Shown here: positions 9,674 through 18,480 of the stretch, piece after piece
Layout of the letters: every line of letters begins with the position of its first letter
How positions within the stretch are numbered: position 1 is the stretch's first letter
From: an uncultured Gemmatimonadota bacterium
GTDB lineage: Bacteria; SM23-81; DAOVCL01
Assembly (NCBI GenBank): GCA_964626665.1
Contig: CAZVGK010000007.1
Location: 1 to 64,000 of the forward strand
Direction of reading: 5' to 3'
Length of the DNA stretch: 64,000 bases
Position numbers and translations under genes: made by a program
The notes under the pieces: model-generated
What the model was told of the DNA's origin: nothing
Databases searched by the model: none
Seen by the model: the letters and a program-made list of their open reading frames with translations, nothing else

Positions 9674-10831
9674 TTACTTCCAGATTCCGGGGATGGGATG
9701 GCCGCAGAACTTGCACTTCCCATCTTTTATGTTCATCTCAGTAAGGGTATATCCTATGCGGCCGATGACCAGCTTTTTGCATTGGGGACAGTAGGTGTTC
9801 TCCCCGGGATTACCGGGGACATTTCCCACATAGACATACTCCAGCCCCAGATCCATAGCTTGCTTCCTGGCCTGCTCTAAGGTCTCCACCGGAGTAGGGG
9901 GAAGGTTCTTCAGCTTATACATCGGGTAGAACCTGGAGAAGTGAAGGGGAACATCCGCGCCCAGCTCATCCCTTATCCAGAGACACATCTTCTTGATGGT
10001 CTTCAGATCATCGTTTTTGGTGGGAATTACCAGGTTGGTAATCTCTAAGTGCACCCCCTCAGATCTTAAGGTAACCAAGGTGTCCAGAACCGGCTCAAGC
10101 TCCCCCTCCAAGAGGTCCTCATAGAGCTTCTCGGTGAACCCCTTGAGGTCGATATCGGCCGCATCCATATAGGTGCAGAGGTCCCTCAGAGGCTGACGAT
10201 TGATGTATCCATTTGAGTGGTAGACGTTGAGGATCCCCTTCTCTCTGGCCAAAACCGAGGTGTCATACATATACTCGAAGAAGATGGATGGTTCCACATA
10301 GGTATAGGCTATGGAGCGACAACCCCTCTTGGCGGCCAGCCTAACCACCTGGTCCGGGGGGAGATCGTAGTTGTAGGTATCCTCGGGATTGGCCTGGGAT
10401 ATCTCCCAATTCTGGCAATATTTGCAGTTGAAGTTGCACCCCGCGGTGGCTATGGAGAAGGCAAATGTGCCTGGTAAGACATGAAAGAGGGGTTTCTTCT
10501 CGATGGGATCAGTATGAACGGCACAGGGATTGCCATAGACCAAGCTATAATACTTCCCCCCCTGGTTCTCCCTCACCCCACAATAGCCCCTTCCTCCCTG
10601 GGGGACCAAGCACCTCTTCGGGCAAAGGGTACACCTGATCGCCCCATTGTCCAGGGGTTGATAATAAGGAGAGAGCTTCTTTCTGACCCACCCCCTTCCC
10701 CCCTGGGCCTCAGCCCTCTGGCTCAGGGAAGGTAAGAAGGGGATGGAGGAAAGGCCCAGCCAGGTCAAGCCGCCGCCAAATCTCTTCAGGAAATCCTTTC
10801 TGGTCAGCTTCTCCTTAAAGAAATTACCCAT
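9674..10831 (-). CDS. AmmeMemoRadiSam system radical SAM enzyme with Tat-like N-terminus
   Basis: CTLCPKRC, DPIEKKPLFH, GCNFNCKYCQNWEISQ, PLHFSRFYPMY, YVYVGNV; N-terminal TRKDFLK. Confidence 0.92.
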   Translation of the reverse strand: MGNFFKEKLTRKDFLKRFGGGLTWLGLSSIPFLPSLSQRAEAQGGRGWVRKKLSPYYQPLDNGAIRCTLCPKRCLVPQGGRGYCGVRENQGGKYYSLVYGNPCAVHTDPIEKKPLFHVLPGTFAFSIATAGCNFNCKYCQNWEISQANPEDTYNYDLPPDQVVRLAAKRGCRSIAYTYVEPSIFFEYMYDTSVLAREKGILNVYHSNGYINRQPLRDLCTYMDAADIDLKGFTEKLYEDLLEGELEPVLDTLVTLRSEGVHLEITNLVIPTKNDDLKTIKKMCLWIRDELGADVPLHFSRFYPMYKLKNLPPTPVETLEQARKQAMDLGLEYVYVGNVPGNPGENTYCPQCKKLVIGRIGYTLTEMNIKDGKCKFCGHPIPGIWK

Positions 10832-10857
10832 TTCTCCCTCCTTTCGAACTTAGCCAC

Positions 10858-10993
10858 TTGCGGCGGGGCTTTTCTGACAGGATGAACAGGGCTTACCGGA
10901 TTTTTATTCATCCTGTCCATTTTGTCTATTTGTAAGAGCTGCCAGCCCCGTTCCGACGGGATTCCTGACGGAAGAGGTAACTCCTGACAGCAC
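10858..10993. repeat. Composite ~135-bp repeat, inverted copy at 59364-59496
   Basis: cagccccgttccgacgggattcc and aactcctgacagcac match the reverse complement of 59364-59496. Confidence 0.8.
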
Positions 10994-11006
10994 AATTTGA
11001 AATTTC

Positions 11007-11802
11007 TTAGAAATTTCGAGGGGTCGGCAACAGGGATTTTATCCTTTCCACCGCTAAATTTAAATCCGCTGCGGCCTCCCCCTCACCACTTATATTCAAA
11101 TCAGCAAAACTCTTGGATGGCTCAACGAATCTGAGATGCATAGGCCGCACCGTGGAAAGATACTGTTTGATAACTGAGTCCAGAGTCCTCCCCCTCTCCT
11201 CCATATCCCCCCTCAGCCTTCTGATGAATCTCAGATCTGGGCTTGTCTCCACCCAGATCTTCAGATCCAAAACCTCCCTTAATTCCTGATCTTCCAGGAG
11301 GAGTATCTCCTCCACCGAACTTAGCTCCCTTTAGTCGCTAAGTTCCCATAGGGCCTCACCGGCCCTCTGGCGCTCCGCAATCCTGCGCTCTCGGATTGCT
11401 CCGCTGTCACCCTTGAAGGGGGCATACCCCCTTCAAACTACCCCCAACGGTTCGGAATCTCTAAGAAATTCCGAACCGTACAATCAGATCCCTGGGCCTG
11501 AGTAGTTCCCCGGACTCCTTACGAGTATGGACCCTGCAATCATAGTAGAGTTTGGGAACTGGATTCCCTTGCTTAAGATCCCGCAAGTGCTGGGAGAGCA
11601 GCCGATTTTCAAAGGCAGATGGATGATCGAAGTTGCGTTTTCCCCCCTCCTCTCGGGGAAGGTCCCCCCAGTCCCGATAGTATGTATCCTGGGAGATGAC
11701 CAAGGAGAGTTGCGGGCCTATGGCCTCCACGATTCTTTGGGCTACGGTGGTCTTCCCTGCCCCAGTCCCTCCAGCAATCCCTAAGATCAAGGGAACCATC
11801 AT
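11007..11802 (-). pseudogene. udk: Uridine kinase interrupted by a 163-bp insertion
   Basis: GIAGGTGAGKTT, NFDHPSAF in 5' part; RFIRRL..DMEERGR, VRPMHLRFVEPSK in 3' part; removing 11317-11479 restores DLIVVEEIL in frame. Confidence 0.88.
11317..11479. mobile_element. 163-bp multi-hairpin intragenic element (copy 1)
   Basis: Bounded by terminal hairpins gaacttagc/gctaagttc and acggttcggaat/attccgaaccgt; homologous to 36197-36355; no TSD. Confidence 0.85.
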
Positions 11803-13050
11803 CTACTGGGCCATCCTCTGCAGGGCTGCATCCCCGTGAGCCACCCACTCCCCGGAGAGCCCCTCCAAGGCCTTAAGCAGGGTCTCCTTCTTGGCCGAAA
11901 AGTCTGCCCAGTATTTCTTAGGTAGAGGCCGGGCCGCAGGAAGCTGTATTCTTAAAGGGTTAACATAGCGACCGTTGACTATAAAACGGTAGTCAAGATG
12001 GGGGCCAGTGGCCACACCTGTCTGGCCCACCCAGCCTATCAATTGCCCTTGCTTAACCTTTTTGCCCCTTTTTATCCCCCGGGCGTATCTGGACAGATGC
12101 CCATAGGTAGTGATATATCCTCCTCCATGCCTTATCTTGATGAATTTGCCAAAGCCATCATTCCACCCAACAAAGCTGATCACCCCGTCGCCAGAGGCCA
12201 CAATGGGGGTCCCAGTAGGGGCAGCGTAATCCACTCCCAAATGGGGACGATATACCTTGTAGATGGGGTGAAGCCGATGATGGGAGAAACCGGAGCTTAT
12301 CCGGCGATAGTTCAGGGGGGCGCGGAGAAATGCCTTCTTCAGGGATTGCCCCTGTGGATCATAATAGTCCCCATAACTGCTAGAATCTTCATAGAAGATG
12401 GCCGTATGAACCTTTGAGCGGGAGATATACTGGGCGCAAAGTATCTCCCCGTATTCGGCAAATCTCCCCTCCTGGTTCCTCTCTATATAAAGCAAGCGGA
12501 ATCTGTCCCCCTTCCTCGGCTCGGTGAGGAAGTCGATGTCCCACCTGAATATATCGGAGAACTTCATTATCAGCTCTGCGTCCTGACATCTGGGCCTCAT
12601 CGCTTCCCAGAGGGAACTGTTTATCGTCCCCTCTATCCCCCGCACTACATCCTCGTAGGGAACTGGGGCCACTGTGGTTTGGAGGGCATCCCCCTGGAGC
12701 CTATATTCATAGCTACCGTTCTGATAGGTGAATTCGTAGATGCCCCCATTCTCCCCCAACTTCAGCCTATAGCTGTCCCCCGGTTTTGACCTTTTCAGGT
12801 TGACCTTTCCCTTCAAAGAATCAACTATCCTCTGCACCTGGGAGAGGGGAAGGCCCGCCTTGAGCAGGGAGTAGTAGAGGGAACTCCCCCTTTCCACCTC
12901 CCCCTCTATGAGGCAGGGCTGCGGCTTACTAACCTCCGGTTCTATCCTATCATCCCCCTTCTTCAACAGGCCTATAGCCAGGCCCGCGAGACAAAAGCCT
13001 AGCAGAAGGAGGATAATTGTCTGGGAAGATGATTTTCCGCGCAAAGTCAA
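11803..13050 (-). CDS. M23 family peptidoglycan DD-metalloendopeptidase (MepM-like)
   Basis: RISSGFSHHRLHPI, HLGVDYAAPTGTP, YGHLS, TGPHLDY; N-terminal TM. Confidence 0.92.
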   Translation of the reverse strand: MTLRGKSSSQTIILLLLGFCLAGLAIGLLKKGDDRIEPEVSKPQPCLIEGEVERGSSLYYSLLKAGLPLSQVQRIVDSLKGKVNLKRSKPGDSYRLKLGENGGIYEFTYQNGSYEYRLQGDALQTTVAPVPYEDVVRGIEGTINSSLWEAMRPRCQDAELIMKFSDIFRWDIDFLTEPRKGDRFRLLYIERNQEGRFAEYGEILCAQYISRSKVHTAIFYEDSSSYGDYYDPQGQSLKKAFLRAPLNYRRISSGFSHHRLHPIYKVYRPHLGVDYAAPTGTPIVASGDGVISFVGWNDGFGKFIKIRHGGGYITTYGHLSRYARGIKRGKKVKQGQLIGWVGQTGVATGPHLDYRFIVNGRYVNPLRIQLPAARPLPKKYWADFSAKKETLLKALEGLSGEWVAHGDAALQRMAQ

Positions 13051-13871
13051 GATTTATAGATGACCGCCGAAAGGTAGCCGACAACAGCCTCTCTATCCCC
13101 CATCACATCCCCGGAAGTGGCATAATGAAGCACCTCAGCCCGGTCGGCACCAAGAAGTTGGGAGGCCAGCATAGCCGTGATTATCGGCCCCCCCCCACAG
13201 GCCTCACACCTTCCTTGGGATATATCCTCCCCTAACTTCTTAGGATCAAAGGCATTTATATCATCTATGACTACCCCATCCAGGCCGTGGGCAACCTCAT
13301 AGGGATGATAATGAGAGAGATCAGAGCTGGCCACGATGAGCGCCCTCTTCCCCTGCAGGACCTTAGCCAGAGCCTGCGAGGCTAGCTGACAAAGCCGGTA
13401 GGACTGATCGCCCATAATGATAGGGATGAGCTGGAATTTCTTGATGGTCTCCTGCAGGAAGGGGAGTTGCACCTCTAAAGCATGCTCCTGAGAGTGAGCC
13501 TCTGCCCGGTAGTTAATGAAATCATAGGAGCTGAGCAGAGCCCTCACCTCCTCCTGGGCCACCTCAATCAACCCTAAGGGGGTGCGGTAGCTATCTCCAT
13601 CCCAGATGGAGAGGCCAGGGAAATAGGTTCTATGGCTGGGGGAGAGCACGGCAACTAGATCGTAAGGGGAATCCTCAAGGAGCTTGTAACCATAGGCGGC
13701 CACCCCCCCGGAATAGATGTAGCCGGCATGGGGTGAAACTATGGCTTTAATCTCCCCATTTATCTTCTGCGGTGCCGCCTGGGAGAGGAATTCTCTTACC
13801 TGCTGGGAAAGCGAACCGGGATTCGCCGGATAGAAGCTTCCAGCAACTACAGGTTCCCTGATATTAGACAT
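13047..13871 (-). CDS. AmmeMemoRadiSam system protein B (MEMO1 family)
   Basis: REPVVAGSFYP, PHAGYIYSG, EHALEVQLPFLQ, SSDLSHY, ACGGGP, VVGYLS. Confidence 0.93.
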   Translation of the reverse strand: MSNIREPVVAGSFYPANPGSLSQQVREFLSQAAPQKINGEIKAIVSPHAGYIYSGGVAAYGYKLLEDSPYDLVAVLSPSHRTYFPGLSIWDGDSYRTPLGLIEVAQEEVRALLSSYDFINYRAEAHSQEHALEVQLPFLQETIKKFQLIPIIMGDQSYRLCQLASQALAKVLQGKRALIVASSDLSHYHPYEVAHGLDGVVIDDINAFDPKKLGEDISQGRCEACGGGPIITAMLASQLLGADRAEVLHYATSGDVMGDREAVVGYLSAVIYKS

Positions 13872-13948
13872 ATGATTCTCCCTCTCTTTTTACAACGGGT
13901 TGAAAGGAATTGAAAAGTTTTCCCTTCCATTCCTTGTAACTATTTCTT

Positions 13949-14641
13949 CTATTCCCTTTGGTTTTCCCTATTTATCCGAGGCATCCAAACATCTATAGAT
14001 TCAACTCTGATAAAATCCTCATCCCTTGTAGCTAATGTCTTTATTTCGTGTTTCTCCATCAGACAGACTGTTAAGGAATCGCTGACGAGAAGCCCAAATT
14101 GCCCTTGTATCTTTCTTGCCATAAGTAAATCTTCCAACGAGAAGGTGAAGATCTCGATCCCAATTTTTAATAACTCCTCTACATCCTCCCAATGTTTGCT
14201 TATCTTTTTAAGCTTCTCCGGATTTTGTTTTAACCTCTTAACAACTTGCTTTATTGACCATCCATACAACGAGATAGCCTCTGCTATCAACCTTCTATGA
14301 AGGACTTCATCCAAAACACGAGTTGATGTAACAGCCTTAACCCTGCCCCTTTCAACCCTTTCTAACCCACATTCCGGAAAAAATTTAAGGTCAAATACGA
14401 ACAACTACGGAAAAATCAACCAATTAGGTAGTTTTTTAATAACCGGCAATTGAAATGTAGTCCATAAAAATCTAGAAAATTTGTCTTTGAAAATCAATAA
14501 GTTACGAATCCAAAATTTGATTTTCCGGAATGTGGGTTCTAACAAAGAACTACAATCAGGAGAAATATCTTCATAGTGATACAGAAAGATGTTAGCATCG
14601 AGGTAAACAGTAGAATTGTCCGAGATTTGATCAATCCTCAT
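13949..14641 (-). pseudogene. PIN/VapC toxin interrupted by a MITE
   Basis: VYLDANIFLY 5' part; VLDEVLHR, SDSL, LATRDEDF 3' part; removing the element plus one TSD restores SSLLERVERG. Confidence 0.85.
14366..14536. mobile_element. 171-bp MITE with 16-bp TIRs and 6-bp TSD
   Basis: TIR cccacattccggaaaa/ttttccggaatgtggg; direct repeat ttctaa at 14360-14365 and 14537-14542. Confidence 0.9.
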
Positions 14642-14837
14642 AAGAAAATTCCTCGCTTTCGGCGATCTCTCGAGCTATTTCTAAGGGGAGCTTTACAGTC
14701 CCCCTCGTCCGTGCCACCACACTTGACTTACCAGAGGTTGGTTTTATCTCGATTTCTATCAATCCCTCTCGAACGCCCTTTAAGGGTTCTAACGGTCTGA
14801 TGATCTTATCCTTATACAGGGCTTTAATACCCATCAT
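14631..14837 (-). CDS. Antitoxin, AF2212/DUF104-like
   Basis: IKALYKDKIIRPLEPL N-terminus; GGAGG RBS before ATG 14837; overlaps PIN gene start. Confidence 0.75.
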   Translation of the reverse strand: MMGIKALYKDKIIRPLEPLKGVREGLIEIEIKPTSGKSSVVARTRGTVKLPLEIAREIAESEEFSYED

Positions 14838-15017
14838 TGCCTCCCGGTAGTAGATTTGGAACATTCTTGCCTTGAATGAAATCTCAAGAGCAATACCCTC
14901 CATTTTTGATTACCTCTTTAATACCATAAAAACTGTCGAATCGCAACGAATAGTTGGCCCACTCGCATTTTTTACAAAGAACTGAAGAGGGTTGAAAAGC
15001 TTTTCCTTCCATTCCTT

Positions 15018-17387
15018 TCAATTCTTTGTAACTTTTCCCTTTAGCTTTCGCCTGTTGCTCAGGGCATTTTCCAATACCTCATCCACGGTTTCCACAAAGA
15101 TAAACTTTACATCCTTCCTGATCTCCTCGGGGATCTCCTCTAAATCCTTCTCATTTTTCTTGGGCAGGATTACGGTCCTTACCCCGGAGCGATGGGCGGC
15201 CAGGGTCTTCTCCTTTAACCCCCCAATGGGCAGAACCTCCCCCCTGAGGGTTATCTCTCCGGTCATAGCCAGCCTGGGTTTAATCTTCCTTCCGGTGAGC
15301 AGGGAGGCCAGGGCCGTGGCTATGGTTATCCCTGCCGAGGGGCCATCCTTTGGTATGGCCCCAGCGGGGACATGGACATGGATGTCCAGCTTATCGTAGA
15401 AATCCTCGGCTATACCCAACCGCTGGGCCCTTGACCTTATATAGCTTAAAGCGGCCTGGGCGGACTCCTTCATCACCTCCCCCATATGGCCGGTCAAGGT
15501 GAGGGACTTGTTCCCCCTCATCTTGGTGGCCTCCACAAACATCACCTCCCCCCCCGTTCTGGTCCAGGCCAGGGCCGGGGCTACCCCTATTCTGTCCACC
15601 CTCTCCACCTCCTCAGAGAAGAACTTCACCGGCCCCAAATACTTGTGGAGATCCTTTGATTTGATTATCACCTTACCCTTTATTCCCTCTTCCACAACCT
15701 CTTTGGCTACCTTGCGGCAGATGGTGGCGATCTCGCGCTCTAAGTTCCTCAGCCCAGCCTCCTTTGTGTAGCCATTGATGGTATCACTTAAAGCCTTGTC
15801 CGTAAAGCTCAGTTGCTTAGAGGTGAGGCCATGGTTGGAGAGCTCCTTGGGAATGAGATACCTTTTGGCGATCATCACCTTCTCCCGATCCGTATACCCG
15901 GGTATCCTGATCACCTCCATGCGGTCGAGGAGGACATCGGGGATGGGATCCAGGATGTTGGCCGTGGTGATGAACATCACCTTAGAAAGATCGAAGGGAA
16001 CATCTAAGTAGTGGTCGGAGAAGCTATCGTTCTGCTCTGGGTCCAAGACCTCTAAGAGGGCGGAGGCGGGATCTCCCCGAAAGTCCTGACCTATCTTGTC
16101 CACCTCGTCCAACATAAATATGGGGTTCCGCGATCCGGCCCGCTTTATCCCCTGGATTATCCTGCCGGGGAGCGCCCCCACATAGGTGCGGCGATGACCC
16201 CTGATCTCCGCCTCATCCCTCATCCCTCCCAAGGAGATGCGCAGAAACTTCCGTCCCATAGCCCGGGCTATGGACATCCCCAGGGAGGTCTTCCCCACCC
16301 CAGGAGGCCCCACAAAACAGAGGATCGGCCCCTTCATATCCTCCTTAAGCTTCCTCACCGCCAGATACTCAAGTATTCTCTCCTTTACCTGATTTAAATC
16401 ATAATGATCCTCGTCTAAGACCTTCCTGGCCTTCTTGATGTCCAGCAGGTCCTCGGTGGACTTCTGCCAGGGAAGGGAGACCAACCAGTCCAGGTAGGTG
16501 CGGGAGACCGTGTATTCGGCAGCTGCGGGGTTCATCTTAGAGAGCCTGTCCAACTCCTTTTGGGCTGCCTCTAAGGCCTGGGGGGGCATATTGGCCTCTT
16601 TGATCTTCCGCTTCAGCTCCGCCACCTCCATAGTCACCGCATCCCCCTCACCCAATTCCTTCTGGATGGCCTTAAGCTGTTCCCTGAGGATATACTTCTT
16701 CTGGATCTCCCCCATCTCGGAGGCGGCCTCCTTCTGGATCTTTTTGGAAAGCTCCAAAACCTCCAACTCCTTATTCAAAAACAGGGTAAGCTTCTCCAAT
16801 CTGAACTTGAGGTCGGAGGCCTCCAATATCTCCTCCTTCTGGGCTATGCTCAGGTTCAGGTTGGTGGCGATCATATCGGCCAATCTTCCCGGATCCTCTA
16901 TATTCATCGCCGAGACCTGGAGGTCATCTGGCAGGTAGGGGGCAAGGGAGACCACCTTCTCGAAGAGGACGAGGATATTCCTCTTCAAAGCCTCGATCTC
17001 AATGCTCGCCTCCCTCCTCTCCTCCGTCCTCTCCACGCGGGCTATGATATAAGGCTCGCTCTTCGTCACCTTCTTTATCCTAATGCGGGCCAGTCCTTGC
17101 ACTAAGAATCTGATGCTGTTATCGGGGAATCTGAGGAGTTTGATAATCGTCCCTACAGTCCCGGAGAGGAATATTTCATCTATCCCTGGTTTCCCTACCC
17201 GAGGGTCCTTCTGGGCAAAGAGGCCAATCATCTTGTCCCCTGCCAGGACCTCATCGATCATCTTGGAATAATCCTTGTCAGTCACCACCAAGGGGGCAAT
17301 CAGATAGGGGAAGACCACTATCTGCTTGGTGGGAAGAATAGGAAGTTCCTTGGGAAGCTTGATCTCTTTTGGTTTAATCGGTTCCAT
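15018..17387 (-). CDS. lon: ATP-dependent Lon protease
   Basis: [40 protein letters not shown]. Confidence 0.97.
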   Translation of the reverse strand: MEPIKPKEIKLPKELPILPTKQIVVFPYLIAPLVVTDKDYSKMIDEVLAGDKMIGLFAQKDPRVGKPGIDEIFLSGTVGTIIKLLRFPDNSIRFLVQGLARIRIKKVTKSEPYIIARVERTEERREASIEIEALKRNILVLFEKVVSLAPYLPDDLQVSAMNIEDPGRLADMIATNLNLSIAQKEEILEASDLKFRLEKLTLFLNKELEVLELSKKIQKEAASEMGEIQKKYILREQLKAIQKELGEGDAVTMEVAELKRKIKEANMPPQALEAAQKELDRLSKMNPAAAEYTVSRTYLDWLVSLPWQKSTEDLLDIKKARKVLDEDHYDLNQVKERILEYLAVRKLKEDMKGPILCFVGPPGVGKTSLGMSIARAMGRKFLRISLGGMRDEAEIRGHRRTYVGALPGRIIQGIKRAGSRNPIFMLDEVDKIGQDFRGDPASALLEVLDPEQNDSFSDHYLDVPFDLSKVMFITTANILDPIPDVLLDRMEVIRIPGYTDREKVMIAKRYLIPKELSNHGLTSKQLSFTDKALSDTINGYTKEAGLRNLEREIATICRKVAKEVVEEGIKGKVIIKSKDLHKYLGPVKFFSEEVERVDRIGVAPALAWTRTGGEVMFVEATKMRGNKSLTLTGHMGEVMKESAQAALSYIRSRAQRLGIAEDFYDKLDIHVHVPAGAIPKDGPSAGITIATALASLLTGRKIKPRLAMTGEITLRGEVLPIGGLKEKTLAAHRSGVRTVILPKKNEKDLEEIPEEIRKDVKFIFVETVDEVLENALSNRRKLKGKVTKN

Positions 17388-17395
17388 TTCCTGTC

Positions 17396-17854
17396 CTATT
17401 CTATCTTAATGGTTAACTCCTGGGGAAGTTCCCGGGGACCCTTCCCCACCTTGATCACCAAAAAACCATCCCTGTAGGTAGCGGATATGTCGTTGGTATT
17501 CACCGATTGAGGAAGGTACACATTTCTCTCAAAGGGGCCGAAGTTGATCTCCATATTTCTGTAGTATGCTTTCCGCTGCTTCCCCTCCATTAACCTCTGC
17601 CCCTGGATGGTAAGAACCTCATCCTTGACGGTGATGTTGAAATCCTCATTCCTCATCCCAGCCACTTCCATAACAATAAGGACCTCACTATCGGTCTCAT
17701 AGACATCCATCGGAGGCCTCCAGAGCCTCTCAGAGATCAACATCGGAGGATACCTCATTTCATAGAAATGGTTGAGGAGGAGGTCCATCTCCTCCTGGAT
17801 GTGACGCGAGTCCGCCAAGAGGTTCCCCTCTCTCTTTACTTCAATCACGGCCAT
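17396..17854 (-). CDS. Hsp20/alpha-crystallin small heat shock protein
   Basis: [33 protein letters not shown]; directly upstream of lon. Confidence 0.92.
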   Translation of the reverse strand: MAVIEVKREGNLLADSRHIQEEMDLLLNHFYEMRYPPMLISERLWRPPMDVYETDSEVLIVMEVAGMRNEDFNITVKDEVLTIQGQRLMEGKQRKAYYRNMEINFGPFERNVYLPQSVNTNDISATYRDGFLVIKVGKGPRELPQELTIKIE

Positions 17855-17924
17855 AAATCCCTCCTTTTCCTCTAATTATTATAAAACCTTGAACACGAAT
17901 CCTGATTGACTCGGCTTTCAGCCG

Positions 17925-18143
17925 TCAGCATTCAGCTTTTCCTATTTTCCATTTTCTTGTTTTCGCCCTTTGCTTTTCCTCTTTCGCCTTTCGTCTCTCG
18001 TTTCTCGTCTCTCGATCTATGTGCCTTGGCACTGTTTCTCTCACGCCATTAATAGCATTTTGCACCAAAGTATGCCTGGTACCTTCTCTCTTAACGAAGC
18101 ATCTATATCGCCTTAGATGTTGCATAAACTGCTTCCTTTTCAT
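17925..18143 (-). pseudogene. hicA: HicA-family toxin whose C-terminus is replaced by heptamer-repeat DNA
   Basis: REGTRH...TVPRH HicA core, then translation of a gagacga/gaaacga/aaggcga 7-bp array. Confidence 0.7.
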
Positions 18144-18355
18144 TCTACCTTAACTTCTTCTTTAATCACATCCCGGGGCAAACCTTTCGTAACCTCAACT
18201 TTCCTATCTTCAATTACCAATTTGATTGCCTCAACCAGACTTTGTCTACACTCCTCAATTGTTTTCCCCTGTCCATTTGCTTCAGGTATCTCCACACAAT
18301 AACCGATATAATATTTTTCCCCCTTCTCGAATATTGCAGTGAAATTATAATGCAT
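18140..18355 (-). CDS. hicB: HicB-family antitoxin
   Basis: YIGYCVEIPEANGQGKTIEECRQSLVEAI; ATGA overlap with hicA. Confidence 0.85.
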   Translation of the reverse strand: MHYNFTAIFEKGEKYYIGYCVEIPEANGQGKTIEECRQSLVEAIKLVIEDRKVEVTKGLPRDVIKEEVKVE

Positions 18356-18480
18356 CTAACTCCTCCCCTTCTTCAAGATCGATTATCTTGGATTATATTA
18401 CGGTCAAACCTTTGTGCTGTCAGGGCTCCTGCCCTGACAGACACCCGATCACGATCTACGAGTAACGATCTACGGTTTCT

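Noticed and set aside
11317-11479. Group I/II intron or tRNA
   Set aside because: Too short, no catalytic core motifs or cloverleaf, and the two copies lie in opposite orientation relative to their host genes.
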